Notes: generated from the letters alone by a model not told the origin. A stretch of DNA of 64,000 nucleotides from Mobula hypostoma (GCF_963921235.1 NC_086101.1:11968001-12032000); one strand, 5' to 3'. Shown: positions 48,631-61,144, counted from the first letter of the stretch. Numbers and translations are program-made.

Positions 48631-49833
48631 TTGACCCCAGGCCAACAACTTAAACATGAATTCTACTGTTCCCTCTGAACCATACTGAAACCACTTGTCC
48701 AACTTTTAATAAGGGATCTCGTTGGCCAGATGATTGATCCTTCCTTCTCCCAGCTCCTGCCGTGAGGGTTCTTTCTTGTGATGGTGATTCTCCAGAGTTA
48801 TCGCTGATGGCGCAAAGTGACCACATTTATATCCGTTATTATCAATTCAAATTTAGCATTCCATTGTCATTGGCTGTAGGTCATGTGTCTGACCCTTAAC
48901 ACTTTTTTTTATTGGCTCTGCTCCAGGCCAGCATCCATTAAAGCCCTCTTACCAGCAAGTGACAGTTGGAAAATCATGGCTCTTTGTTCTCAATCAACAG
49001 TGAGTTTGATTCAAGCAAAACAGATACTGACTCCAGCAGTCAAAAGCCTACATGTTATATCCAACCAAAACACATCTCACAAATAACTTAATATTTGGAA
49101 ATGATCTCTAGTCCGCAGATTACCTGAAGCATCATTGTGTCTTTAAAACACTGAAAGCAAGGCAACTTTATTTCACAAAATGGAGGACATAAAACAGTTC
49201 CACAAAATGGCAGCCTCCATCTCCAAGCACATGGCAGGAATAAAGACAATTGATCTGTTTGCTTCCACTTTACTTGACCCATTCGAGTGCGACATTTTCT
49301 TCCATATTTCAAATCCGTCATGGCCAACAGAACTGTACGTAATGCTCCAGATGTGGCCTAACCAGAGTTTTACAGATAAACAGCATTCACAAGAAAAACA
49401 TAATGCTCACTTTTCACAAGGTAGACATCAACTAGAATGAGAAAGGAGGCACATCTGTTCCTTCCTGGCATCTTTCTTAAAGAAGCAAATAGTTTCATAT
49501 GTATGGTGCCCATACCATCCCCAGAGACTTCCAAACCGTGTTGCAACTAACAAAGTACCTGTTGAAATCGAGTGGTGTGTTGTTGCATGAAAGAAAATCT
49601 GTTCACATTAAGAGGAAAGGGACAAATAGCCAGATTATCTTTTTCATGTTGTTATATGAAAGACGATTATTGCCAGGTTAAGAACTGTGCATCTCATTGA
49701 AGAAGCGCCTTTAGGTTTTGAGTATTTTCAGTCCATTATTAAGACAGGTTTTTTTTTGAGTGGTCGTTCCGGCAGTAACCCTTTAACCTCTGAGTTAAAA
49801 ATTCATGTTCCTCTCCTAGACCCAAGTTCAGTA

Positions 49834-51353
49834 CAGGTTTCCCCCGCCATCCAAAGGTAGAGCATTCCTATGAAACAATTCGTAAGCCGAAATGTCGTAA
49901 AGCGAAGAAGCAATTACCATTTATTTATATGGGAAAATTTTGTGAGCGTTCGCAGACCCAAAAATAACCTACCAAATCATGCCAAATAACACATAAAACC
50001 TAAAATAACAGTAACATGCAGTAAAAGCAGGAATGATATGATAAATACACAGACTATATAAAGTAGAAATACTTTTCCACAATCGTTACTGAACTGTTCT
50101 CCGGAGCAAAAATCTCACGCAAGTGCTGTCCAATAATCTTTAAACTATGAAGCTGCCAAATCATACCAAATAACACGTAAAAATACACAGCCGATATAAA
50201 GTAGAAATAATGTACGTACAGTGTAGTATCACTTACCGGAATTGGTTCAGCGCCGAGCACACTGATGATGGCGTGCTAGACTGAGTCGTCGGAGTTTGGG
50301 TGGTGCAGTGGCCCCCCCCACCCTCCAGGCCGCTTAGCGATACATTGCCGCAAAGAATGCAGGGGTCCAGCGGTAGCCGGGAGGTACACAGCACATCTTT
50401 AAGAAGAAAGCCAAAACAACCATGCTAATTAATTAGGTGCGGCCCATAATTGTTGGCCCAGATCAGTGCCGATTTCCGATTGCGTCATCTCTGATCTGGG
50501 CCGACAATTACGTGTCAGTGGCACCTAATTAATTAGCATGTTTATTTTGGCTTTTTTCTTAAAGATGTGCTGTGTGCCTCCCGGCTACTGCTGCATTCTC
50601 CGCGAATCGGTATCTGTCCGTGGCCTGGGGGTTGGGGTGGTGGGACACTGGGGTGTCATCTTGTCGCCTGTTTCCATTAGAGCAGGCAGCTCTTCTTCTC
50701 CTATGACTGCCGGCCTCGATGTCGAAGGTCGAGGTCCGTCGCCTACTGTGGCTGATGTGGAAGGCTTGCTTGACTGTTGAGCCTTGCGTATTTTTCTATC
50801 ACACAGTTCTTTAATAAGGACTCAAACCATCCTGCAAATATCCCCTACCCTTTCAAAATTATAGTCGTACTTTATCATTACTCATTCTGTTTCGATTGTT
50901 ATCCTTTTTCTTCCAATTGCATCAGCTCTTCATCTGTCAGTTCTTGGTGATGGGATGCCAAAACCTCTTCAACATCATCTTCGTCAACTTCCACAAGCCA
51001 AACTCACGTTGTCCTTACTTCGTTCACCACGATCAAAACGCTTAATTATGTCTAGTTTTACCGTAAGTGTAACACCCTTTCGAGCTCTTTCAGGCTTTTC
51101 CGATACCATAGAACTCATCTTGCAAACGGCTGCTCACAGGCTGGTGTTTAAGCAATGCCGGCGACAATCCGGGGGAGAGCGGCTGCTTTTTATTGCGCGC
51201 TGATTTTTTCGTGCGCTAATTTTTTATTGCGCGCTGAATTTTTTTTCCATAACAGTGAAAACACCTTCTGAAAGCGAAAGTAGGGTACTAGTGTAGGTCT
51301 TTCGTAACAGTGAGGTTTCGTAAAGCGAACGTTCGAAAAGCGGGGGAGGCCTG
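49834..51353 (-). mobile_element. Tigger/pogo-family internally deleted transposon (copy 2)
   Basis: TA flanks at 49832-33 and 51354-55; reverse complement of 4563-6123, including the same internal deletion and hairpin. Confidence 0.88.
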
Positions 51354-51469
51354 TACCTGTGTGGTACTGCGGAAGAGCCAGCATGTTGGCACTGCTGCCC
51401 TTTGAAGATATTAAACCAGTGTTGCATGCAGGAAATAGGAGGATATGGATCATGTGCAGGCAGAAGGGA

Positions 51470-52255
51470 TTAGAGTCAGAATCAGGTTTATTATTGTAAT
51501 GTTTGTCATGAAATTTGTTGCTTTGTGGTAGCTGTAGTGTGCAATACATAAAAAGTTACTCTTTAAGTTACAATAAGAAAAAATAGTAGTGCAAAAAGAG
51601 AGCAAATTGGTGAGGTAAATGCTCATGGACTGTTCAGGAATCTGATGGGCAGGAAGTAGCTGTTCCTAAAACATTGAGTGTGAATCCTCAGGCTCCTGTA
51701 TCTCCTCCCTGAATGTAGTGATGGTAGAGGGTATGTCCTGGATGGTGAAGTTTCTTGGTGATGGAGGCCATCTGCATTAGGCACCACCTCGATGATGGGG
51801 AAGCTTGAACCCATGGTGGAGCTGGCTGAGTCTACAACCTTCTGCAGCTTTTTCCGAACCTCTGCATTGGCCCCTCCAAACCAGACCGTGATGCAACCAG
51901 TCAGAATGGTACATCTGTACAGATTTGCTAGAGTCTTTGGTGACAGGTGAAATCTCCTTACACTCCATATAAAATATGGCCATTGGTATGCCTTCTGGGA
52001 CCAGGATCGATCTTTAGTGATGTTGATACCAGAAACTGAAAGCTACTCACCCTTTTCACAGCTTTTCACACCTTGATGAGGGCTAGTGTATGTTCTCCTG
52101 ACTTACCCTGCCTGAAGTCCACAATTAATTCCTGGTCTTACTGATGTTGAGTGCAAGGTTATTAATGTGACACAACCAGCCATCTAAATCTCATTCCCAT
52201 AAGCCTGCTCATCACCATCTGAGAACAACGGTTGTATTATCGGTAAATTTATAGA
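51470..52255 (-). mobile_element. Rex1/Babar-like LINE 3' fragment
   Basis: GAATCA tail; HSGRRYRSLRIHTQCFRNSYF. Confidence 0.7.
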
Positions 52256-52595
52256 TCGAGAGGTGAAGGTCCTATTCCTGTGCTGTACTGTTCTATGTCC
52301 TAATGTTCTGACTTCCCGCTCAGTTGGGTGTGAAAGGTCCCACGTAGCCACTCTTGCTCAAAGATCTCCCTACTGATGGTTTTTCTTTACTCGGCATCAT
52401 TACAGATTGGATTGGCCAGCCACTTACCTCCTTTCTCAGCAGACAGTGTTGATAAAATTTTTCATTGATTCCTTTATATCTAGACTCCCACTGTAACCTT
52501 AAATATCTGTGTACTTTTGTTATGGCTGCTTGAGGACTTGTTTACCTGCTGTTCAAACAAGCTAATAAGAATTGGCTTCCTTTCCTTATTTCTAG

Positions 52596-52674
52596 GATCT
52601 TTCTCTTCCAGAACTGCCCAAGAACCAAACATTTCAGTACATCAAGCTCCTTCGTCTGACGTTGTTCCTGAAAG
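52596..52674 (+). CDS. MDC1: MDC1 coding exon 3 (G-SFSSRTAQEPNISVHQAPSSDVVPE-S)
   Basis: Acceptor 'tttccttatttctag', donor 'AG|gtatgt'; 79 nt, phase 1 to 2. Splicing to 56254 creates VVPESDDE, matching human VIVPESDEE. Confidence 0.88.
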
Positions 52675-52769
52675 GTATGTTTCATTGATTTCGTGGATGG
52701 GATATTCAGGGGAGTGGGAATCGAAAAAGGAAATATTGCAAGATTGTGTGGCATTAGTACATGAGGAGG

Positions 52770-54390
52770 AAATGCATTGTGTTCACGAGGTACATTAACA
52801 ATTTGGAAGAGTGGAGCAAGTGCAGCATATCAATGTTTGCAGATAGCACTACTTGCTGAGTGCAAAAGCAAATGATGCAGAGGATGCAGAGAGTCTGCAG
52901 AGGGATATGGATGTTAAGCCGGTGGGCAATGGTCTGGCAGATGGAGTACAATGTTGGTAAATGTGAGGTCATCCACTTTGGAAGGATAAATAGAAAATCA
53001 AGTTATTGTTTAAATGGTGAAAGCTTGCAGCCTGCTGTTGTGCAGAGAGACTTGAGAGTGTTTGCATGAATTGCAAAAGCTTGATTTCGAAGTGCAACAG
53101 GTTATCAGGAAGGCAAGTGGAATGTTGGCCTTCATTGCTAGAGAGATTAAACTTAAGAGCATGGATGTTTTGCTGCAACTGTACAGGGCACTGGTGAGCC
53201 CACACCTAGAGCTTTAGTTCCTTACTTGACGAAAGATAGACTGGTTTTGGAGGCACTGCAGAGTAGGTTCAACAGGTTGGTTCTGAAGGCGGGGGATTAG
53301 TTTAGGATGAGAGATGGAGTCGCCAAGGATTTTATAGAAACACAAAAATAAGAATAGGATAGATAAGATAGAGACAGTGTTTCCACTGGTAGATGAGTCT
53401 AGAATTAGGGGACATAGATTCAGTATTTGGGAAAATAGATTTAGTACGGAGATGAGGAGAAGTTGCTTTTCTCATAGCAGTAAATCTGTGAAATTCTCTG
53501 CCCAGGGAAGCAGTAGAGGCCCCTCATTAAATGTATTTAAGACACAGTGTAGAAAGATCTTTGTATAGCAGGGGATAAAGGTAATGGGGAAAAGGCTGGT
53601 AGGTGGAGCTGAGTCCACAGCCGACACCTTATTGAATGGAACTGGTTCAATGGGTGACCCCAGCTCCTATTTCTTATGTTCTTATACAGAAATGGGGATA
53701 ATTTGAAGAGGTGAGGGGCAGTGGAGGGGAATCACAACATGGAAATGGGCCCTTCACTAGCAAGTCCCTGCTGACCATCAAACACACATTTATACCAATT
53801 TCATTTTATTCTCCTGACATCCCCTGAATGATTTCAGCATTTGTGTACTGTGGCCAGTTAACCTACCAACCTGCATGTCTCAGTAATGTAGGAGGAAACT
53901 GAGCACAGGGAGAACATGCAGAGACACTGGTGATCATGTCTGAATCCGGGTTGTTTTGAAACTTTGAAGCATCAACTCCACCAGATGCACCAGGATTGAG
54001 TATTCTGAAAGGAGCCTTTCCAATGGCTGATGGCCAGTGACCAGGAGGTACTAAGGCAGAAGTCCTTAAGACCACAAGATGTAGGAGCAGAATTAGGCCA
54101 TTCAGCCCATCAGGTTTGCTCTGCCATCCCATCATGGCTGGTTTATTGCCCCTTTCAGCCTCATTCTCCTGCCTTCTCTCTGTGCTGTTTGACGCCCTAA
54201 CTAATCAAGAACCCATCAACTTCCATGTTAAATATACCCAATGCCTTGGCCTCCAGGCTTTCTGTGGCAATTAATTCAACAGATTCACTACCCTCTGGTG
54301 GAAATCCCTCCTTATCTCTGTTCTTAAAGTGGTGTCCTTCTATTCTGAGGCTGTGCCCTCTGGTCTTAGACTCTCCAGTCAGGGGAAAGG
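52770..54390. mobile_element. CR1 fragments (+ 52770-53690; - 54065-54390)
   Basis: WQMEYNVGKCEVIHFG, RIRGHRF and CR1 3'UTR in both orientations. Confidence 0.75.
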
Positions 54391-54491
54391 AAGAGTTTTA
54401 ATGCAAGGAATTCTTGTGATCAGGAATAAATGCCTGAAAGGGTTGTGAGAAGAGATTCAGCAGTCATATTAAACATATAGTTGATTAAATA

Positions 54492-55561
54492 CAGTACTGT
54501 CCAGAAGTCTTAGTCATTTGACGAGGTACTCCATGCAAGGTTTATTGAGAAAGTAAGGAGGCATGGGATCCAAGGGGACATTGCTTTGAGGATTCAGAAC
54601 AAGAGTGGTTGTAGATGGGTCATATTCTGCATGGAGGTCAGTGACCAGTGGTGTGCCTCTGGGATCTGTTCTGGGACCCCTACTTTTCATGATTTTTATA
54701 AATGACTTGGATGAGGAAATGGAGGAATGGGTTAATAAATTTGCTGATGACACAAAGGTTGGGGGTGTTGTGGATAGTGTGGAGGGCTGTCAGAGGTTAC
54801 AGCGGGACATTGATAGGATGCAAACCGGGCTGGGGTAAATATCAGGGGTAAGTTTTTTGTTGCGGGAGTGGTGAGTGCGTGGAATGGGCTGCTGGCGACA
54901 GTGGTGGAGACTGATATGATAGGGTCTTTTAAGAGACTCCCGGACAGGTACATGGAGCTCAGAAAAATAGAGGGCTATGGGTAAACTTAAGTAATTTCTA
55001 AGGTGAGGACATGTTCGGTACAGCTTTGTGGGCCGAAAGGCCTGTATTGTGCTGTAGGTTTTCTGTTTCTGTGTTTCACATATATATAGCTGGGTGCCTG
55101 AGACTTTGCACAGTACTGTAGTAATTTTATGTATTGCACTGTACTTTGCCACAAAAAAAAACAAATTTCATAACCTGACTGATGTTAAGCCTGATTCTGA
55201 TATGGGTCTCTATTGAGGACTAAGAGTGGGAAGGGGCAGTGAGAGGGGCGTCATATTTAGGAGAAGGAAGCGGAGAGGGAGCGGGAAGCACCAGAGAGAC
55301 ATTCTGTAATGATCAATAAACCAGTTGTTCGGAGTCAACTAACTTTGCCTGGTGGCTGCACCCACACCACCTGCCACTGGTACTCCTTCTCCGCCACCTG
55401 TCTCACATCCCTCCTGCGGTGCTCCGCGCTCCACCCTCCGTCCTTCGTTCCCGCCAGATTTACAAACTCGCTGTCTGTGTTGACAAATATAATACTGTGC
55501 AAAAGTCTTAGGCACCCCAGCTATATATATGTGTCTACTTAAGACTTTTACGCAGTACTCT
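54492..55561. mobile_element. Tc1/mariner-type MITE with palindromic ends, split by a CR1 fragment (54517-55078)
   Basis: Four copies of CAGTACTGTGCAAAAGTCTTAGGCAC-like motif or its complement (54492, ~55094-55118, ~55490-55516, ~55540-55561); TA at the left end. Confidence 0.6.
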
Positions 55562-55839
55562 ATGTCCTCTTGCTTTTAGTAGCCCTTTTCTGGGAAAAAG
55601 GACAATGTTCTTTCACCCTGATGATGCCCCTCATGGTCTTATCTACCTCTTATCAGGACATCTTCTCTGCCAGTATCTGTAGAGAGAAATGAACAGTCAA
55701 GTCCCTTCATCCAGAAGTGTTGACTATCCCATTTCCTTTGACAGATGCAGCCTGACCTACTGAGATCCTCCTGTAGTTTATTTTTGCTGGTGAAAAGAAC
55801 TGAACAAATAGGTGACCCATTCACCCGAAAGATTTTAAA

Positions 55840-56136
55840 GATTAGCTTTGCTTGTCACATGTGTATTGAAACATAGGGTGAAATGCATAATTTTGCGTCA
55901 TTGTTTGCAATGTGTTGGGGGCAGCCTGCAAGGTTTGCCACCCTTCCCTCACTAACGTAGCATGCCCACAACTTAACAACCCTAATCTGTACTTCAGAAT
56001 GTGGGAGGAAACCAGACCACCCGGAGGAAGCCCACATGGTTACGATGAGAATGTGCAAACTCCTTACAGGACAGTGGTGGGAATTGAACCCTCGAACAGT
56101 GAGCGTTGCCGCTGTAAAGCGATTGCACTTTGCTGT
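55840..56136 (-). mobile_element. V-SINE/HE1-like SINE
   Basis: Reverse-complement V-domain 'gtgggaggaaaccagaccacccggaggaagcccac...gtgcaaactccttaca'. Confidence 0.7.
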
Positions 56137-56253
56137 GTAATATGGGCAGAGTTAAGTTATTCAGAACTTTCCAAGGTACCCAACGCCTCATCCAATCAGT
56201 AAAATTCGCTGCTTTATCATTGAGAACAGTTTCAAATGATGGCTTTCTTCCAG

Positions 56254-56837
56254 CGACGACGAAGCAGAAAGCACACCCCATTCCAACGTTCGGCCATCGC
56301 AGCTGCATTATGACAGTGACACCGACTTGGACGACGACCAGCGATCTGGTGAAGAACAGGCAGAGCACAGCTCCAAGCAACTGGCTAATGAGAACAACCC
56401 ACGATCTGTGGTAGGGCAAGACTCAGTGCCAGTGACCAGTGATGCCATGCTCAATAACTTAAGTGCCTCCAATGAAATGGCCGGGAATGAACCAGGCAAA
56501 GCAGTTGACCAAGATGTAGGGGTGGTCTCTTCCCAGGGCCTCATCACCTCCCCCTCTGCGGACATCCAACCTTGTTTGAACGCCAGCAAGGAGGAGCTGA
56601 AGGAGGACATTGTAGTTGACAATGTCTTCTCCAGAGGGTCCACCAAAAAGGATTCCAGCCTTCTCAATGGTCCTGACACCCGAGAGCTCGCCAACAGCTC
56701 CATCACACCAGAGGAGCAGGTGGAAAGGCGTGAAGCGGATTACTGTTCAAGCAGCAGTCCACGTGCACGGGAAGAAACCAAAGAGACAGTGGGTGACGTG
56801 GAGGAGGTGGATGGCGTGGAAGCAGGCGTTGATGATG
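56254..56837 (+). CDS. MDC1: MDC1 coding exon 4 (acidic region with SDTD motif)
   Basis: Acceptor 'ggctttcttccag', donor 'G|gtgagt'; 584 nt, phase 2 to 1; DDEAESTPHSNVRPSQLHYDSDTDLDDD... Confidence 0.9.
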
Positions 56838-56944
56838 GTGAGTATGCAGAGAGTTTCAATTACTGCTGCAGGATGTGACAGTAACATTTTCTTCTGTACA
56901 GAAAATGTTGTTCTCTGAATTGAGAACTGAATTTTACCTTTGAC

Positions 56945-57345
56945 CGACCATAAGATATATGAGTAGAATTAGGCCACTCGGCCAGTCGAATCTGGTCCGC
57001 TGTTCTATTACGGCTTTTGATTTTCAGTCCTATTCTCCTGCCTTACTCCCTTACCCAATCTCTCCTTTAATGGCTTGGCCTCCACAGCCCTCTGAGGCAA
57101 CAAATTCCACAGATTCACCAGCTTCTGGCTGAAGAAATTTCTCCTCATCTCAGTTTTAAAGGGATGTCCCTTTATTCTGAGCTTGTGCCCTCCAATCTCA
57201 GATTGTTCTGTTAATGGAAGTATCCTCTCCTCGTCCATGCTGTCCATGTCTCTCAACAACCCTCATCCTCCTGAACTCCACTGAGTGTAGGCCCAGAGAC
57301 ATCAAATGCTCTTCTTACATCAAGCCTTTAATTCCTGGGATCATT
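56945..57345 (-). mobile_element. CR1 3' fragment
   Basis: GHKLRIKGHPFKTEMRRNFFSQKLVNLWN. Confidence 0.8.
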
Positions 57346-57818
57346 CTTGAGAGTAGGAAAGGCTGTCTGGATTCCTGATTTTGATTACTTTCTCTTATAT
57401 TCAGGTTCAGATATTTTTGTCATGCGAACATCGAAGCATGCAGTGAAATGGGTTGCTGGATTCCACTGGAACTGGGGACGTGGCCTCAAGACTAATGGGA
57501 AAAGATTTCGGATGGACATGCAGATAAACTGCTTTTTTCACAGTGAAAAGTAGGGAATTGTGAATTCAGCGAAGCAGTAAAGGCTACCTCCTTAAATATA
57601 TTTAACAGGCTATGCAAAAATCTATCTAAATATGTCTTAAATATATTTAACGAGGTAGGCTCTGCTGCTTCCCTGGGCAGAGAATTCCACAAATCTTCTG
57701 CTTTTCACTGTGGGAAAAGCAGTTTATCCTCATCTCTACCTAAATCTATTTCTCATTAGGGCTATGGGGAAAAAGGCAGGTAATAAGGTTCAAAGTAAAT
57801 TTTTTATCAAAGTACATA

Positions 57819-59333
57819 CTGTTGCAAGAAAAAGTTTATGAATAGTTGCAGTTACTTGGTTTTCAGCTTTAATTAGTCATAAAATATGGTCTGATCTTCA
57901 TCTAAGTCACTATAACAAACACCATCTGCCGAAACTATTAACACACCAACAATTGTACTTTTCATGTCTTTATTGAACACACTGTTTAATCATTCACAGT
58001 CCAGGCTGGAAAAAGTATGTGAACCCTTGTATTTAATAACCCCTTTAGCAGCAATAACCTCCACCAAATGTTTTCTGTATCTGCTGATCAGACTTGTACA
58101 ACAGTGAGGAGGAATTTTAAATTATTCCTCCATACAAAATCAATATTTCTGGATACCTTACATGAACCTTACCTTCAGGTCATGCCACAGGATTCAGTTG
58201 GGTTAAGGTCTGAATTATGACAGCCATTCCAGAACACAGTTTTTCTTCTTCTTAAACCATTCTGTTGTTGATTTACTGTTGTGTTTCAGATTATTGTCTT
58301 GTTGCGTCATCCAACTTCTATGAAGCTTCAAGTGATGGACTGCTACCCTGACGTTCTCCTATAAAGTGTCTGATACTATTTTGAAGTTATTGTTCCCTTA
58401 ATGATTACAGGCTGTCCAGGCCCAGAGGCAGCACTGCAGCCCCAAACCATGATGCTCCTTCCACCATGCTTCACAATTGGGATGAGGTGTTGGTGTGCAG
58501 TGCCCCTTTTCCGCCGAACATAGCAGTGTGCATTTTGAGAAAATGTTTAACCTTTGTCTCATCTGTCCACAGAACATTGTCCCAGAAGTGTTGTGGAACA
58601 TCCAGGTGGACTTTTGCAAACTTGAGAGATGCAGTTATTTATTTATTTTGGAGATCAGTGGTGACCTTCCATGAACACCACTCTTGTTCAGGGTCTTCCT
58701 TACAGTGGACACATAAACAGAGACTTTAGCAAGTTCTAGAGATTTCTGCAGGTCTTTTGCTGTTACTCTTGGGTTCTTTTTCACCTTTTTCAGCATTGCA
58801 CATTGTGCTGTTGGTGTGATTTTTGCAGGACTCCCACTCCTAGGGAGAGTAGCAACAGTACTGAATTTCCTGCATTTGTAGACAATTTCTCTTACTGTGG
58901 ACTGATGAACACTCAGGTCTTTAGAAGTGCTTTTGCAGCCTTTTCCATATAACCATATAACCATATTTGCAGCATCATGTATCTCTACAATTCTTCTTCT
59001 AAGGTCCTCCAAAAGTTGTTTAGATTGGGGCATGGTGCACATAAATAGATCTTTCTTAAGAAGACCAGTCTCTGTCAGTAACCTGACTTTGTCTTTTTTA
59101 TAGGGCAGGGCACCTCGACAACCCACATTCATCGCATTGATTTGAACACCTGACTCCAAATAGCTTTTGTACAAGATATTATTCCAGAGCTTCATGTACT
59201 TTTTTGAACCTAGGCTGTGATTGTTTAAATGGTGTACTCACTATTAACAAGAAGAAGTACAATTGTATCTGTGTTATTAGTTTAGGCAGATTATGTTTGT
59301 CTACTATTGTGACTTGGATGAAGAGCAGGCCAG
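57819..59333 (-). mobile_element. Tc1-family transposon with long TIRs and decayed transposase
   Basis: TA at 57817-18. The left ~200 bp ('ggtctgatcttcatctaagtcac...aacaattgtactt...aaaaagtatgtgaa') is mirrored at ~59190-59333, outer part lost. ATG 59033: MPQSKQLLEDLRRRIVEIH...VHQSTVREIVYK...LPRSGSPAKIT; further disrupted catalytic-domain remnants. Confidence 0.85.
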
Positions 59334-59401
59334 GTGGTCTACTCCCGCTCCTATTTCTTATGTTCTTATTGTCATGAGTGATGCTTTATATCTTTCTCCA
59401 G

Positions 59402-59503
59402 ATACAAGCGAGTTTTATGCTGTGCAACCAACTCAGTGTTTTGTCCTGATGGTTCCAAACACACAGGATGAAACACCAGAAAAAGAGAACCCTGTGACTG
59501 ATG
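59402..59503 (+). CDS. MDC1: MDC1 coding exon 5 (D-TSEFYAVQPTQCFVLMVPNTQDETPEKENPVTD)
   Basis: Acceptor 'tatctttctccag', donor 'G|gttagt'; 102 nt, phase 1-1; contains the TQxF motif TQCF. Confidence 0.88.
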
Positions 59504-59709
59504 GTTAGTTCTTTCTTATCATTCTGTTTTCCATTTATTCTGTGTTTGTGCAACTCTGGAGTGAAAAAAACCCCTCACACTGCAATTGCCTTCGGAGGCA
59601 AGTGTTTATAAAGAGAAAGCAGAGGGCCAGGGAAAAGCCTAGAACTGCTGAGCTATTCAAGGATGTTCCTTGAATCGTGTAGATTAGGTTTACTTTATTT
59701 GTCACATTT

Positions 59710-60085
59710 ACTTCAAAACCTCAGAGGCTGAGAGGTGACCTGGTAGAGGTGTGCAAGGTAATTGAGTGGGCACCCAGAGACTATTTCCTGAGGTGGAAAT
59801 GGCCAGTGAAAGGGGAGCATAATTGTAAGGTGATTGAGGAAAATATAGGGGAGAGCCAGAAGTCAGTTTTAACATAGAGTGTGCTGGTTTCCTGGAATGC
59901 CCTGCTGAGGGTGATAGAGGCAGATACATTACAGACATTTAAGAGACTCTGAGATAGGCATATGGATGATGAGAGAAATGGAGGAAGATGTGGCAGGGAC
60001 AGGTTAGATTGAGTTTAGAGTCAGTTAAAAGGGTGGCACAGCATTGTCGGCCAAAGAGCCTGTACTGTGCCGTAGTGTTCTGTAA
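59710..60085 (+). mobile_element. CR1 3' fragment
   Basis: 'gaggctgagaggtgacctggtagaggtgtgcaag...cctgtactgtgccgtagtgttct'. Confidence 0.65.
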
Positions 60086-60164
60086 AATATCTAAACATAC
60101 AGTAAAATGTGCTATTTGCACCAATGACTGACACAGTCCCAGGATAGTGCTGGGGGTTCCTTAA

Positions 60165-60720
60165 CGTTGTCGTTGCCGGAGGAATGTGAAGATAAGCTCC
60201 CACTACCTATTAAATGTTCCCAATGGCGTGCACCTCAAACAGTTTCTGACAATCAAGTCCAGCTCCTGTTCTTCACACGTGGAACTGTTTTTATTGAATG
60301 GGGGAAAAGTGGGCTACTGACACCTTAAAACCAGTCGCTTTGGGTAGATGGAGCTTGTCAGCTGTGGTTGGCGCTCATTTAGGAGAAGGAAAACTCTGAT
60401 CTGAAACCTCCACTGCCTTGTGGCGGTACCCACTCATGGGGAAGTCTTCGGGAGTAAACCACAAGGGAAAAATCCAGAACTGGAATCCCTCAGACAGTCC
60501 AACGTTAAGTTCAATGCTGACTGGCAACTCCTGTGATGCCACTGGTGCCAAAGTATATCGGTCTCTGCCATTCCTTTTGATTCATCGGCTGCGTGTAGAA
60601 GGGAACCTGCTACACGGGCAGCAACTCGCTCTCCATGCCGTACTGCCCAGGCTTGCGTGTCAGGTAGATGGCGAGGACACAATATTCTAGGTCGACCTAG
60701 ACCAGTGGAGTGCCTGAGGC
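60165..60720 (+). mobile_element. RTE-related 5' fragment / non-autonomous element
   Basis: 'ggagaaggaaaactctga...gtaaacc...gggaaaaatcc' resembles RTE 5'UTRs (recognition from memory). Confidence 0.4.
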
Positions 60721-61144
60721 TGGGGTCAGCCTGTGAGTACGGTTACACTTCTATGCCAACATAGCACCCACAGCTACGCTGTGTTCAAAGACGTTTCTTC
60801 ACTCCAGTCCTAGAAACTTCAGCAGAAAATCAGCTGCTTTCCTACCTTGCCATTCAAAGCCATACATCAGGACATGCTTTACATCCACTCCAGAGACCCC
60901 CTTTTCAAATCTCATCCCGGCAACATCTCCTCTGGCAGTGTAGCATTCTCTCAGAGCTGTCACTTGCCGGCTGGCCTTTACTCTGGCCCATTGATGAGCA
61001 CGCTGCTGATATGTAACTAAACTGCATGAAGCAGAGGCACTCAGTTCCTAGCCATGGTCAAATTAGTCATTTTCAGCAGAGCAAAGGCTCCCAGAATTCA
61101 TCCCATGGTAGTTGATGAGGAGGAATTGCTTTTCCCAGAGCATT

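Noticed and set aside
4563..51353. Mirror arrangement Tigger(+), MITE(+) ... MITE(-), Tigger(-), suggesting a giant inverted duplication or composite transposon around both genes
   Set aside because: The sequences between and outside the elements are unrelated (6124-6968 vs 48631-49833), and each copy has its own target flanks, so these are independent insertions.
52612..52674. Alternative acceptor (ttctcttccag) inside MDC1 exon 3
   Set aside because: Would shift the frame relative to the phase-1 end of exon 2; 52596 preserves it.
60808..61016. Possible extra MDC1 exon (acceptor ttcttcactccag, open frame)
   Set aside because: The peptide lacks MDC1-like acidic/TQ character, and the best nearby donor (61013) gives phase 2, incompatible with exon 63909.
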